From a virus (lineage: Duplodnaviria > Caudoviricetes): DNA of 43,874 nucleotides. The notes under the pieces are model-generated. The model was not told where the DNA came from. It did not search any database and was given only the letters and a program-made list of their open reading frames with translations. The translations under genes were made by a program, and so were the position numbers. Location of the stretch: the IMG/VR virus record IMGVR_UViG_3300022177_000048, positions 1 to 43,874 of that record. The stretch is one strand, 5' to 3'. Positions 18,040-26,689 of this stretch are shown here, piece by piece. Numbering within the stretch: the stretch's first letter is position 1; each line of letters starts with the position of its first letter.

Positions 18040-18072
18040 GCCTTCGCGGAGTTACAACCGCGGGGGCTTTTT
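18040..18072 (+). terminator. Terminator-like hairpin before the HNH gene
   Basis: AGCCTTCGCGG...CCGCGGGGGCT followed by TTTT. Confidence 0.55.
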
Positions 18073-18097
18073 GTATGCCAAAACGAGGTGGATATTA

Positions 18098-18457
18098 ATG
18101 CCCTTTAAGCCCAAACGACCGTGTTCTCAGACCGGTTGTCCTAAGCTGACAGACGGCAGGTTTTGCGAGGAGCATGCCAAAGAAGAAGCAAAACGATATG
18201 AACGATACCAGCGCGACCCCGCCATGAAGAAACGCTACAGCAGGACTTGGAAGCGTATCCGTGACCGGTACATTGCATCTCATCCACTCTGTGAGCAGTG
18301 CCTGAAGAACGGGGCAATAACTCCGGTTCAGGAAGTACACCACATCAAACCCTTGTCGCAAGGCGGGACGCACGATGAGGACAACCTCATGAGTTTGTGT
18401 ACCTCATGCCATTCGGAGATCACCGCCCGCGAGGGAGGTCGTTGGCAAAGGAAGTGA
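18098..18457 (+). CDS. Packaging-associated HNH endonuclease
   Basis: PLCEQC, EVHHIKP..GG...DNLMSLCTSCH; GAGGTG RBS; adjacent to terS. Confidence 0.93.
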   Translation: MPFKPKRPCSQTGCPKLTDGRFCEEHAKEEAKRYERYQRDPAMKKRYSRTWKRIRDRYIASHPLCEQCLKNGAITPVQEVHHIKPLSQGGTHDEDNLMSLCTSCHSEITAREGGRWQRK

Positions 18458-18560
18458 CCGGGAGGGGGGAGTCAAATCTCTGTAGCCCTTGCCATGGAGA
18501 ACGGGCGGACCCCTTCGCGCGCAAAAATTACGGTTCAAACAGGGGATTAAGCCCCGCTAC
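18458..18560. other. Probable cos region
   Basis: Non-coding gap between HNH and terS with G-runs and a GC-rich core AACGGGCGGACCCTTCGCGCGCAAAAA; usual cos position in HK97-like phages. Exact cut site not determinable. Confidence 0.55.
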
Positions 18561-18579
18561 AGCAAGGAGGTGAAGGCTT

Positions 18580-19158
18580 GTGGCAAAAGACGGAACTAAC
18601 AGGGGCGGCCGCCGGGTCCGCGCTGGCGACAAGCCGCAGCCCCTGGCTGAAAAAATCACAGCCGGAAAGACCGCAAAGATTTTAGAAACCCCGGAACTGC
18701 AGCCCGAGTCGATGCTCGAAGCGGAAGAACTTGAGGATGCGGCAGATTTGTACGGAGAAGATATGCCCGCGCCCAGCGATTATCTCAGCGCGAGACAGAA
18801 AGATGGAAAGCCGCTAGGCGCTGACGCTCTATTTATGGAAACATGGAAATGGCTTAAGGACCGTGGGTGTGAGAAATTCGTCAACCCGCGTCTAATCGAA
18901 GCCTATGCCCAGGCATTCACTCGTTACATCCAGTGTGAGGAAGCCATCAGCACCTACGGACTCTTAGGGAAACACCCGACCACAGGCGGCGCTATGGCTA
19001 GCCCATTTGTACAGATGAGCCAATCTTTTCAGAAACAGGCAAACCTCATCTGGTATGAGATTTTTGACATCGTAAAACAGAATTGCACCACGGCCTTCGT
19101 CAGCAATCCGCAGGACGACATTATGGAAGCTTTGCTGTCAGGCAGGAAAGGACGTTAA
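18580..19158 (+). CDS. terS: Terminase small subunit (P27-like)
   Basis: MAKDGTNRGGRR.RAG, SPFVQM; AAGGAGG RBS; position after HNH/cos. Confidence 0.85.
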   Translation: MAKDGTNRGGRRVRAGDKPQPLAEKITAGKTAKILETPELQPESMLEAEELEDAADLYGEDMPAPSDYLSARQKDGKPLGADALFMETWKWLKDRGCEKFVNPRLIEAYAQAFTRYIQCEEAISTYGLLGKHPTTGGAMASPFVQMSQSFQKQANLIWYEIFDIVKQNCTTAFVSNPQDDIMEALLSGRKGR

Positions 19159-19164
19159 AAATAG

Positions 19165-20400
19165 ATGAACACAACCGAGCGTTTTGAGAAAGTAAATATC
19201 GACCGGCTGGTACCATATGCACGCAATGCGCGCACTCACAGCAAGGAACAGATACTTCAGTTGAGAGCATCACTCCGGGAGTTCGGATTCGTCAACCCGG
19301 TCATCGTTGATAAAGATCTTAATGTCATCGCCGGGCATGGACGCATCCTGGCTGCCAAGGAGGAAGGCATTGGTGAAGTGCCCTGCGTGTTCGCGGAACA
19401 CCTGACCGAAGCTCAGAAGCGAGCCTACATTATAGCCGACAACCGGCTGGCCCTGAACGCTGGCTGGGATGATGAAATGCTCTCAGTAGAGATTGCCGAT
19501 CTGCAGGGCGCGGACTTCGACATCTCCCTCCTCGGTTTTAACGACGCGGAACTGAATAAGCTGCTGGGCGCTCTTGAGGATGTGAAGGACGACGACTTTG
19601 ATGTAGAAGGCGAACTGGCCAAGCCCGCTGTAACAAAGCCAGGCGACCTGTGGCTTTTAGGACAGCACCGCGTTGTCTGCGGTGACAGCACCCAAGCGGA
19701 TACCTATACCCTGCTTATGGACGGTAAACTTGCCAACCTGGTAGTAACCGATCCTCCCTACAACGTTAACTATGAGGGTACGGCGGGCAAGATTAAAAAC
19801 GATAACATGGCGGACGAAAAGTTTTACCAGTTCCTGCTGGAAGCTTTCACCCTGACCGAAAAGGCTATGGCCAGGGATGCAAGTATCTATGTTTTCCACG
19901 CCGACACTGAGGGGTTTAATTTCCGTAAAGCGTTTAAGGATGCGGGATTCTATTTATCAGGAACGTGTATATGGAAAAAGCAGTCGCTGGTCTTGGGACG
20001 TTCGCCTTACCAGTGGCAGCATGAGCCGATATTGTTTGGCTGGAAAAAAGCCGGCAAACACGCCTGGTACTCCGACCGCAAGCAGTCTACCATCTGGGAG
20101 TTCGACAAACCTAGGAAAAACACCGATCATCCTACGATGAAGCCAGTGCCGCTGGTCGCGTACCCGATAATCAATTCCAGCATGACGGGCTGTATTGTTC
20201 TTGATCCCTTCGGCGGATCGGGCAGCACCCTGATCGCCTGTGAGCAGACCGGACGGATTTGCCACACCGTGGAACTGGATGAGAAGTTCTGCGATGTTAT
20301 CGTGAACAGGTACATCGATTTAAAAGGTTCTGACGCTGATGTTTTCCTTTTGCGCGGCGGTCATAAAATTCCCTTTGAAAGCATGCAAAAAATCGTGTAG
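19165..20400 (+). CDS. ParB-like N-terminal domain fused to an N6A/N4C DNA methyltransferase
   Basis: YARNARTH, IAGHGR, ADNRL; TDPPY, HPTMKP, DPFGGSGST. Confidence 0.93.
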   Translation: MNTTERFEKVNIDRLVPYARNARTHSKEQILQLRASLREFGFVNPVIVDKDLNVIAGHGRILAAKEEGIGEVPCVFAEHLTEAQKRAYIIADNRLALNAGWDDEMLSVEIADLQGADFDISLLGFNDAELNKLLGALEDVKDDDFDVEGELAKPAVTKPGDLWLLGQHRVVCGDSTQADTYTLLMDGKLANLVVTDPPYNVNYEGTAGKIKNDNMADEKFYQFLLEAFTLTEKAMARDASIYVFHADTEGFNFRKAFKDAGFYLSGTCIWKKQSLVLGRSPYQWQHEPILFGWKKAGKHAWYSDRKQSTIWEFDKPRKNTDHPTMKPVPLVAYPIINSSMTGCIVLDPFGGSGSTLIACEQTGRICHTVELDEKFCDVIVNRYIDLKGSDADVFLLRGGHKIPFESMQKIV

Positions 20401-20403
20401 AGG

Positions 20404-20436
20404 CTTGCTATTACACCGATCCAGAGTGATGTATAT
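20404..20436 (+). promoter_or_regulatory. Motif B copy 1: CTTGCTA-N12-AGAGTGATGTAT
   Basis: Same motif and spacing at 21419 and, more diverged, at 40932; intergenic. Confidence 0.6.
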
Positions 20437-20466
20437 GACTACCAAAACAGAAAGGTGGTCGATCCT

Positions 20467-21126
20467 ATGGAATTTAAGTTTAACGTTACCGGGGCTAGGC
20501 GCAAAGAGCTAGTTCTGGCCATCAGTGAAATCCTGAATACCGCATCGGAATACCAAGGCCCACCGACCTTTGCTTATGTCATAGGCGGGTTTACAGTCAA
20601 CAAAGAAGGCACCCTCATCACCAGCGAAATCAACAGCGACGAAGAGCTTGAGCAATTATTATACGAGCTAGACCGGCGCGGACTTCAGTTTGAGGTACCA
20701 GACGAGCTGGTTATTGAGATGCCCAAAGAAGGTTTTACCGAAGCAGCCATTGCCAATCTGGAGCGGCTGGTTAAGAGCAAGGAAACCCTTATCAAAAAAG
20801 CCCTGGGCGCAGACCGGTTGCCAATTGAACAGACCGAGGACCGACTGCGTTTCCCCTGGTTCTCTGGCAGCCTTGCAGCGGAAGAAGTCAGCGCCTATGC
20901 CCGCTTCATCGGGGCGCTTTGCGCGATGGCCAAGAACCAAAAACGGGTAACGGCCACCGAAAAGGCGTATGACAATGAGAAGTACGCCTTTCGCTGTTTT
21001 CTGCTACGGCTGGGATTTATCGGGACGGAATACAAAGAGGAACGAAAGATTTTGCTCTCCAGGTTAACCGGCAGCGCTGCTTTCAAAAACGGCCAGCGCA
21101 GTTCGGAGGAGGTGCCAGAAGCATGA
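20467..21126 (+). CDS. Conserved phage hypothetical protein
   Basis: TG..RKELV.AI, NEKYAFRCFLLRLGFIG.EYK..RK.LL; the C-terminus resembles the end of the downstream amidoligase. Confidence 0.75.
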   Translation: MEFKFNVTGARRKELVLAISEILNTASEYQGPPTFAYVIGGFTVNKEGTLITSEINSDEELEQLLYELDRRGLQFEVPDELVIEMPKEGFTEAAIANLERLVKSKETLIKKALGADRLPIEQTEDRLRFPWFSGSLAAEEVSAYARFIGALCAMAKNQKRVTATEKAYDNEKYAFRCFLLRLGFIGTEYKEERKILLSRLTGSAAFKNGQRSSEEVPEA

Positions 21127-21350
21127 AGCAGATTCATCCGGAAATGTTAAAGGCACTCAGGTCATATTATCCTCCGGGTACACGGGTGGAACTAGTTCGC
21201 ATGGAGGACCCTTACACCAAACTGAGACCCGGCGATCCGGGTATAGTATCCTTCATCGACGATACCGGCACCGTGTTTGTTGACTGGGATTCCGGCAGCA
21301 GGCTAGGGGTCGTATTTGGTGAGGATGAAATCAGAAAAATCGAAGAATAA
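21123..21350 (+). CDS. DUF4314 domain protein
   Basis: YPPGTRVELVRMEDP...G.V..IDD.G...V.WD.GS.L...GED. Confidence 0.85.
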   Translation: MKQIHPEMLKALRSYYPPGTRVELVRMEDPYTKLRPGDPGIVSFIDDTGTVFVDWDSGSRLGVVFGEDEIRKIEE

Positions 21351-21388
21351 TCGGAGGTAACCCCCCGTATAAAGCCAAATATTTATGC

Positions 21389-21451
21389 GGATTTCAGCCA
21401 TTTATTTTGCTGAAATCCCTTGCTATATAGCCCTTTCAGAGTGATATATGT
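21389..21451 (+). promoter_or_regulatory. Perfect 10-bp inverted repeat followed by motif B copy 2
   Basis: GGATTTCAGC-N10-GCTGAAATCC (21389-21418), then CTTGCTA-tatagccctttc-AGAGTGATATATGT. Confidence 0.6.
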
Positions 21452-21489
21452 ACACACCAAAAAAACACACCTGAAAGGAGCCAGATAGC

Positions 21490-22389
21490 ATGTTCAACGC
21501 CAAATTCGGAATCGAGATTGAATTTACCGGGATTACCAGAAGCCAGGCCGCCGAGATTGCGGCACAGTTTTTAAACGGGAGGATTGAGCACTGCCGAGAC
21601 AGCTACGATACCCAAAAGGTATACACCCCAGACGGACGAGCCTGGAAGTTTATGAGCGACGGGAGCATTCGCCGGGAAGTTAAGGTGAGCGGCAGAAAAA
21701 TAAGCGCCGAGCACGAATACAGCGTTGAATTGGTAAGCCCGGTTTTAACCTACCGCGAGGACATAGCCACCCTGCAGGAATTGGTCAGAAAGCTTCGCAA
21801 AGCCGGGGCATTTACCAACCCCTCCTGCGGGATACACATTCACCTGAACGGCGCGGACCATACGCCAAGGAGCATTAGAAACTTTATAAACATCATCGCC
21901 AGCAAGAACGACCTTTTTTACAAGGCTCTGCAGATAGAACCTGAGCGGATGAGGTTCTGCAAAAAGATGGATGCCACCCTGGTGGAAAAGATAAACGTCA
22001 GAAGGCCGAGAATCATGCGGGAGCTTGAGGAACTTTGGTACGAAGGCTACTGCGAAAGCCGCAGCCGCCACTACCATGAAAGCCGCTACCACTTTTTAAA
22101 CCTGCACAGCTTTTGGAACGGCAACTACACGGTGGAGTTGCGGGGATTTAACAGCGAACTGCACGCGGGCAAAATCAGAAGCTACATAGTCTTAGCCCTG
22201 GCCATGAACCAGCAGGCCTTGACCCAAAGGAGCGCCAGCGCCAGAAAGCCCCAGGTTGAAAACGAAAAGTTCGCCATGCGGACCTACTTAAACCGCATCG
22301 GCTTGATCGGCGAGGAGTTCAAAAACTGCCGCGAGCACCTTTGCAAACACCTGGGAGGTTCGGCGGCATGGAGGTTTCGGGCGGCTTAA
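21490..22389 (+). CDS. Putative amidoligase (COOH-NH2 ligase, Amidoligase_2-like)
   Basis: FGIEIE, DGSI, ELVSP, SCGIHIH, RYHFLN and TVELR motifs. Confidence 0.88.
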   Translation: MFNAKFGIEIEFTGITRSQAAEIAAQFLNGRIEHCRDSYDTQKVYTPDGRAWKFMSDGSIRREVKVSGRKISAEHEYSVELVSPVLTYREDIATLQELVRKLRKAGAFTNPSCGIHIHLNGADHTPRSIRNFINIIASKNDLFYKALQIEPERMRFCKKMDATLVEKINVRRPRIMRELEELWYEGYCESRSRHYHESRYHFLNLHSFWNGNYTVELRGFNSELHAGKIRSYIVLALAMNQQALTQRSASARKPQVENEKFAMRTYLNRIGLIGEEFKNCREHLCKHLGGSAAWRFRAA

Positions 22390-22427
22390 GCCGCCGCCGA
22401 AACCAGCGATAAAGGAGGCTAATTCTA

Positions 22428-22886
22428 ATGGATAAGCATAACAAACTGTACATCGCCTATGGTTCCAACCTCAATCTTGCGCAGATGGCTGACCGATGTC
22501 CAACTGCCAGAGTTATCGGCTCCGGCGAGATGAAAGGCTGGCGGCTCCTGTTCAGGGGTTCGCGTGCGGGTGCGGTAGCAACGGTGGAACCTGAAAAAGG
22601 CAGCAGCGTTCCAGTTCTGGTTTGGGAGATAACCTCCGCCGACGAAGCGGCGCTCGACCGCTATGAAGGCTGGCCTTTTTTATACCGCAAGGAAACCGTC
22701 AAGGTGAAAATAAACGGCAAGACAGTCAAGGCAATGGTATATATCATAAACGAAGGCAGGCCGCCGGGCCAGCCCAGCTGCTATTATTACTCGGTCATCT
22801 TGGATGGCTATAAGGAAGCGGGCTTTGATATTGATATCCTGCGCCGGGCAGCCACCGAATCTGTAGAGATGGAGGAAGCCAGATGA
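22428..22886 (+). CDS. Gamma-glutamylcyclotransferase (AIG2-like) family protein
   Basis: YIAYGSNL..QM..RCP, LDRYEG.P..Y.K. Confidence 0.9.
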   Translation: MDKHNKLYIAYGSNLNLAQMADRCPTARVIGSGEMKGWRLLFRGSRAGAVATVEPEKGSSVPVLVWEITSADEAALDRYEGWPFLYRKETVKVKINGKTVKAMVYIINEGRPPGQPSCYYYSVILDGYKEAGFDIDILRRAATESVEMEEAR

Positions 22887-23071
22887 ACGAAACCATACGA
22901 ATGCAGATTTTAGCCATCAGGGAAAGCGGGGTCACGAACATGTTTGATCTCCCCCGCATCCAAAAGGAAGCATATAGTAAGGGCTTTCACGAATTGGTTA
23001 TTTACCTTAATGACCACAAGCCCGAATACTGCCGTTTTATCCTGACGGGGGAAGAGGAAGAGAGCGAATAG
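22883..23071 (+). CDS. DUF5049 domain protein
   Basis: QILAIRESGVTNMFD...ELV.YL...EY..FILTG. Confidence 0.85.
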   Translation: MNETIRMQILAIRESGVTNMFDLPRIQKEAYSKGFHELVIYLNDHKPEYCRFILTGEEEESE

Positions 23072-23097
23072 CTGACACCAATAAATACTTGGGAATT

Positions 23098-23125
23098 AGG
23101 GCTTCTTCGGAGGCTCTTTTCTTTT
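23098..23125 (+). terminator. Intrinsic terminator closing the amidoligase block
   Basis: AGGGCTTC-TTCG-GAGGCTCT followed by TTTCTTTT. Confidence 0.75.
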
Positions 23126-23153
23126 GCCCGCTTTAAGAGAGGAGGCGGCAAGC

Positions 23154-24755
23154 ATACGAAAACTCAAAAAATACAAGCCGACTTCCTTTATGGCAGCGGA
23201 TTCAAAATACAGTAAAGATGCTGCCGACTATGCGGTTGCCTTTATCGAAGCCCTGTGCCACACCAAAGGCTCCTGGGCGGGACAGCCCTTTGAACTGATT
23301 GACTGGCAGGAACAGATTATCCGTGACCTGTTCGGCATTTTAAAGCCCAACGGTTACCGCCAGTTCAATACTGCATATGTGGAAATACCGAAAAAGATGG
23401 GCAAATCGGAACTGGCGGCGGCCATCGCTCTGCTCTTAACCTGCGGTGATAATGAGGAACGCGCTGAGGTTTACGGCTGCGCCGCCGACCGCCAGCAAGC
23501 TTCCATCGTGTTTGAGGTTGCCGCCGATATGGTGCGGATGTGTCCGGCACTGAACAAACGTGTTAAGCTGCTGGCCTCCACCAAGCGGCTCATCTACCTG
23601 CCGACAAATAGCTTTTATCAGGTACTGTCGGCAGAAGCCTACTCAAAGCACGGCTTCAACATCCATGGCGTGGTGTTTGATGAGCTGCACACCCAGCCGA
23701 ACCGGAAGCTGTTTGACGTCATGACCAAAGGCTCTGGTGACGCTAGGATGCAGCCACTCTACTTCCTAATCACGACAGCGGGCGATAACGTCAATAGCAT
23801 CTGTTATGAGGTGCACCAAAAAGCCAAAGACCTGCTGACCGGCCGGAAGCATGATGCAACGTTTTATCCTGTAATCTACGGTGCAGAGGAAGAAGACGAT
23901 TGGACTGACCCTAAAGTATGGAAAAAAGTCAATCCATCGTTAGGTATAACAGTTGGTATCGACAAGATTAAAGCTGCCTGTGAAAGTGCCAGACAGAATC
24001 CCGCCGAGGAAAACAGCTTCAGGCAGCTTAGACTAAACCAATGGGTTAAACAGGCTGTTCGCTGGATGCCCATGGAGAAATGGGATAAATGCGCTTTCCA
24101 GGTTGATGCGGAAAGGCTTAAGGGCCGTATCTGCTATGGCGGACTGGACTTGTCCAGCACTACCGATATCACAGCTTTTGTACTGGTCTTTCCCCCGGTT
24201 GACGAGGAGGACAAGTATCATATTCTCCCCTTCTTCTGGATACCGGAAGAAAACCTTGACCTCAGGGTACGCCGCGATCATGTGAACTATGACCTGTGGA
24301 AGAAGCAGGGTTATTTGAAAACCACCGAAGGCAACGTGGTGCATTACGGATTCATTGAAAGCTTTATCGAGGAACTCGGTACGAAATACAACATTAGGGA
24401 AATCGCTTTCGACCGCTGGGGAGCGGTGCAGATGACTCAGAACTTGGAAGGGCTTGGATTTACGGTGGTACCGTTTGGACAAGGCTTCAAGGATATGTCC
24501 CCGCCGACCAAGGAACTGATGAAGCTAACCCTGGAGGAAAAGATCGCCCATGGCGGTCAGCCAGTCCTGCGCTGGATGATGGATAACATTTTTGTTAGGA
24601 CCGATCCGGCAGGAAACATTAAACCGGACAAGGAGAAGTCTACGGAGAAGATTGACGGAGCGGTGGCAACGATAATGGCGCTGGATAGAGCACTACGAAA
24701 CCAAGGGAATAGAGGTGATTCTGTTTATGATGAAAGGGGGTTGCTGATCTTGTGA
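23154..24755 (+). CDS. terL: Terminase large subunit (probable ATA start)
   Basis: PKKMGKS Walker A, VVFDELH Walker B, GGLDLS, KIDG; AGAGGAGG lies 8 nt before ATA 23154. Confidence 0.95.
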   Translation: MRKLKKYKPTSFMAADSKYSKDAADYAVAFIEALCHTKGSWAGQPFELIDWQEQIIRDLFGILKPNGYRQFNTAYVEIPKKMGKSELAAAIALLLTCGDNEERAEVYGCAADRQQASIVFEVAADMVRMCPALNKRVKLLASTKRLIYLPTNSFYQVLSAEAYSKHGFNIHGVVFDELHTQPNRKLFDVMTKGSGDARMQPLYFLITTAGDNVNSICYEVHQKAKDLLTGRKHDATFYPVIYGAEEEDDWTDPKVWKKVNPSLGITVGIDKIKAACESARQNPAEENSFRQLRLNQWVKQAVRWMPMEKWDKCAFQVDAERLKGRICYGGLDLSSTTDITAFVLVFPPVDEEDKYHILPFFWIPEENLDLRVRRDHVNYDLWKKQGYLKTTEGNVVHYGFIESFIEELGTKYNIREIAFDRWGAVQMTQNLEGLGFTVVPFGQGFKDMSPPTKELMKLTLEEKIAHGGQPVLRWMMDNIFVRTDPAGNIKPDKEKSTEKIDGAVATIMALDRALRNQGNRGDSVYDERGLLIL

Positions 24756-26044
24756 GATTATTCAGCAGATTTTTTAAATCGAGAGATAAGCCAATTTCCA
24801 ACTACCTTCCAAGTACTTTTTATAGCTTTTTCTTCGGCAGTACATCCAGCGGCAAAACGGTCAATGAGCTCACGGCCATGCAGACCACCGCTGTGTATGC
24901 CTGTGTCAGGATACTAGCCGAGACTATTGCCAGCCTGCCGTTGCACACATATAAATACACGGCTAGCGGCAAAGAGAAGACAACCAGCCACCAATTGTAT
25001 TACCTGCTCCATGATGAGCCGAATCCGGAGATGACTTCATTTGTGTTCAGAGAGACACTAATGAGTCATCTTTTATTATGGGGAAATGCCTATGCCCAGA
25101 TTATCCGGGACGGCCGGGGCAAGGTACTGACTCTGTATCCTCTGCTACCCGACCGGATGACGGTGGACAGGACTTCCAGCGGACAGCTTTATTACGAATA
25201 TCGAAAGGATACTGGATATGTAATCTTACGGCCGGAAGATGTTCTGCACATACCAGGCCTGGGTTTTGATGGTTTGATTGGGCATTCTCCCATCGCGATG
25301 GCCAAGAACGCTATTGGCATGGCGATTGCCACCGAGGAATACGGTGCTAAGTTTTTCGCCAATGGGGCCAATCCGGGGGGCGTGCTCGAACATCCCGGAG
25401 TGGTAAAAGATCCGGCCAGGATCAGAGATAGCTGGAACGCGGTCTACCAGGGCAGCGGCAATGCCCACCGGGTAGCAGTGCTGGAAGAAGGCATGAAGTT
25501 TCAGCCAATCGGCATACCGCCGGAGCAGGCCCAGTTTTTGGAGACAAGGAAATTCCAAATCAATGAGATAGCCAGGATTTTCAGGATACCGCCGCACATG
25601 ATCGGCGACCTTGAAAAGTCCAGCTTCTCTAACATAGAGCAGCAGAGCCTGGAGTTTGTGAAATACACCCTGGATCCCTGGGTAGTGCGCTGGGAGCAGG
25701 CTATGCAGAGAGCGCTCTTTTCGCCGGGTGAAAAGAAAGATTACTTCATCAAGTTCAATGTGGACGGACTCTTGCGGGGCGATTACCAGAGCCGGATGAA
25801 CGGATACGCTGTAGGCAGGCAAAACGGCTGGATGTCCTCCAATGACATCCGGGAGTTGGAAAACCTAAATCGGATTCCCGAGGAACTGGGCGGGGATCTG
25901 TATCTCGTTAACGGCAATATGACCAAGCTGGCCGATGCCGGGATATTTGCCAATAAGAACAACAATGAAACGGGGGTGGGAAACCTTGAAGAGAAAGTTT
26001 TGGAACTGGGTCAGGAACGAGGCAAGCCGAACCCTCTATCTTGA
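24752..26044 (+). CDS. HK97-family portal protein
   Basis: AVYACV, HDEPNP, LLWGNAY, IARIFRIPP, SNIEQQ, NDIRELEN. Confidence 0.95.
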   Translation: MRLFSRFFKSRDKPISNYLPSTFYSFFFGSTSSGKTVNELTAMQTTAVYACVRILAETIASLPLHTYKYTASGKEKTTSHQLYYLLHDEPNPEMTSFVFRETLMSHLLLWGNAYAQIIRDGRGKVLTLYPLLPDRMTVDRTSSGQLYYEYRKDTGYVILRPEDVLHIPGLGFDGLIGHSPIAMAKNAIGMAIATEEYGAKFFANGANPGGVLEHPGVVKDPARIRDSWNAVYQGSGNAHRVAVLEEGMKFQPIGIPPEQAQFLETRKFQINEIARIFRIPPHMIGDLEKSSFSNIEQQSLEFVKYTLDPWVVRWEQAMQRALFSPGEKKDYFIKFNVDGLLRGDYQSRMNGYAVGRQNGWMSSNDIRELENLNRIPEELGGDLYLVNGNMTKLADAGIFANKNNNETGVGNLEEKVLELGQERGKPNPLS

Positions 26045-26675
26045 CGGAGCCATTGCCGAGGAGACCTGGTTCGGCGATGAGATAACTCCCAAACAATTTA
26101 AAAACGAGCTATTTAGCGAAAACGGCGACATCACCATTTGGATCAACTCTCCAGGTGGTGATGTTTTTGCTGCCAGCCAAATCTACAACATGCTGATGGA
26201 TTTCCCGGGCAGAGTCACCGTGAAAATAGACGGCATCGCTGCCAGTGCTGCCTCCGTAATTGCCATGGCGGGCGGTGAAGTGCTCATGTCGCCGGTATCC
26301 ATGATGATGATTCACAATCCCATGACGATAGCTTTCGGTGACAGCGGGGAGATGGAGAAGGCCATTGCCATGTTAGGTGAAGTGAAGGAAAGCATCATCA
26401 ACGCCTACGAACTGAAAACCGGTCTTTCCAGAGCAAAATTGTCGCGCCTCATGGATGCGGAGAGCTGGTTCAATGCCAAAAAGGCAGAAGAGTTGGGGTT
26501 TGCCGATGCGATTCTGTTTACTGCGACTAATGAGTCCAGTCCGAAAAATGAAGGCCTCATTTTCAGCAACCTAGCGGTGGTCAACTCACTGATTAATAGG
26601 CTGCCGCGTCAAGAAAAGAAACCCGGATCAGCCATAACCATATTGGACAAGAGGCTTGACCTCTTGAAATTGTAA
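25986..26675 (+). CDS. ClpP-like head maturation protease
   Basis: INSPGGDV, GIAASAAS, MMIHNP, ESWF.A..A...GFAD; TTG start (MKRKFWNW) overlapping the portal 3' end. Confidence 0.92.
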   Translation: MKRKFWNWVRNEASRTLYLDGAIAEETWFGDEITPKQFKNELFSENGDITIWINSPGGDVFAASQIYNMLMDFPGRVTVKIDGIAASAASVIAMAGGEVLMSPVSMMMIHNPMTIAFGDSGEMEKAIAMLGEVKESIINAYELKTGLSRAKLSRLMDAESWFNAKKAEELGFADAILFTATNESSPKNEGLIFSNLAVVNSLINRLPRQEKKPGSAITILDKRLDLLKL

Positions 26676-26689
26676 GGAGGGATTTGTTA

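Noticed and set aside
22373-22404. Hairpin spanning the amidoligase stop codon
   Set aside because: No T tract and a single occurrence; at most an mRNA stability element.
25986-26044. 59-nt overlap of the portal and protease genes
   Set aside because: Short overlaps with a variable portal tail are common; no evidence for recoding.
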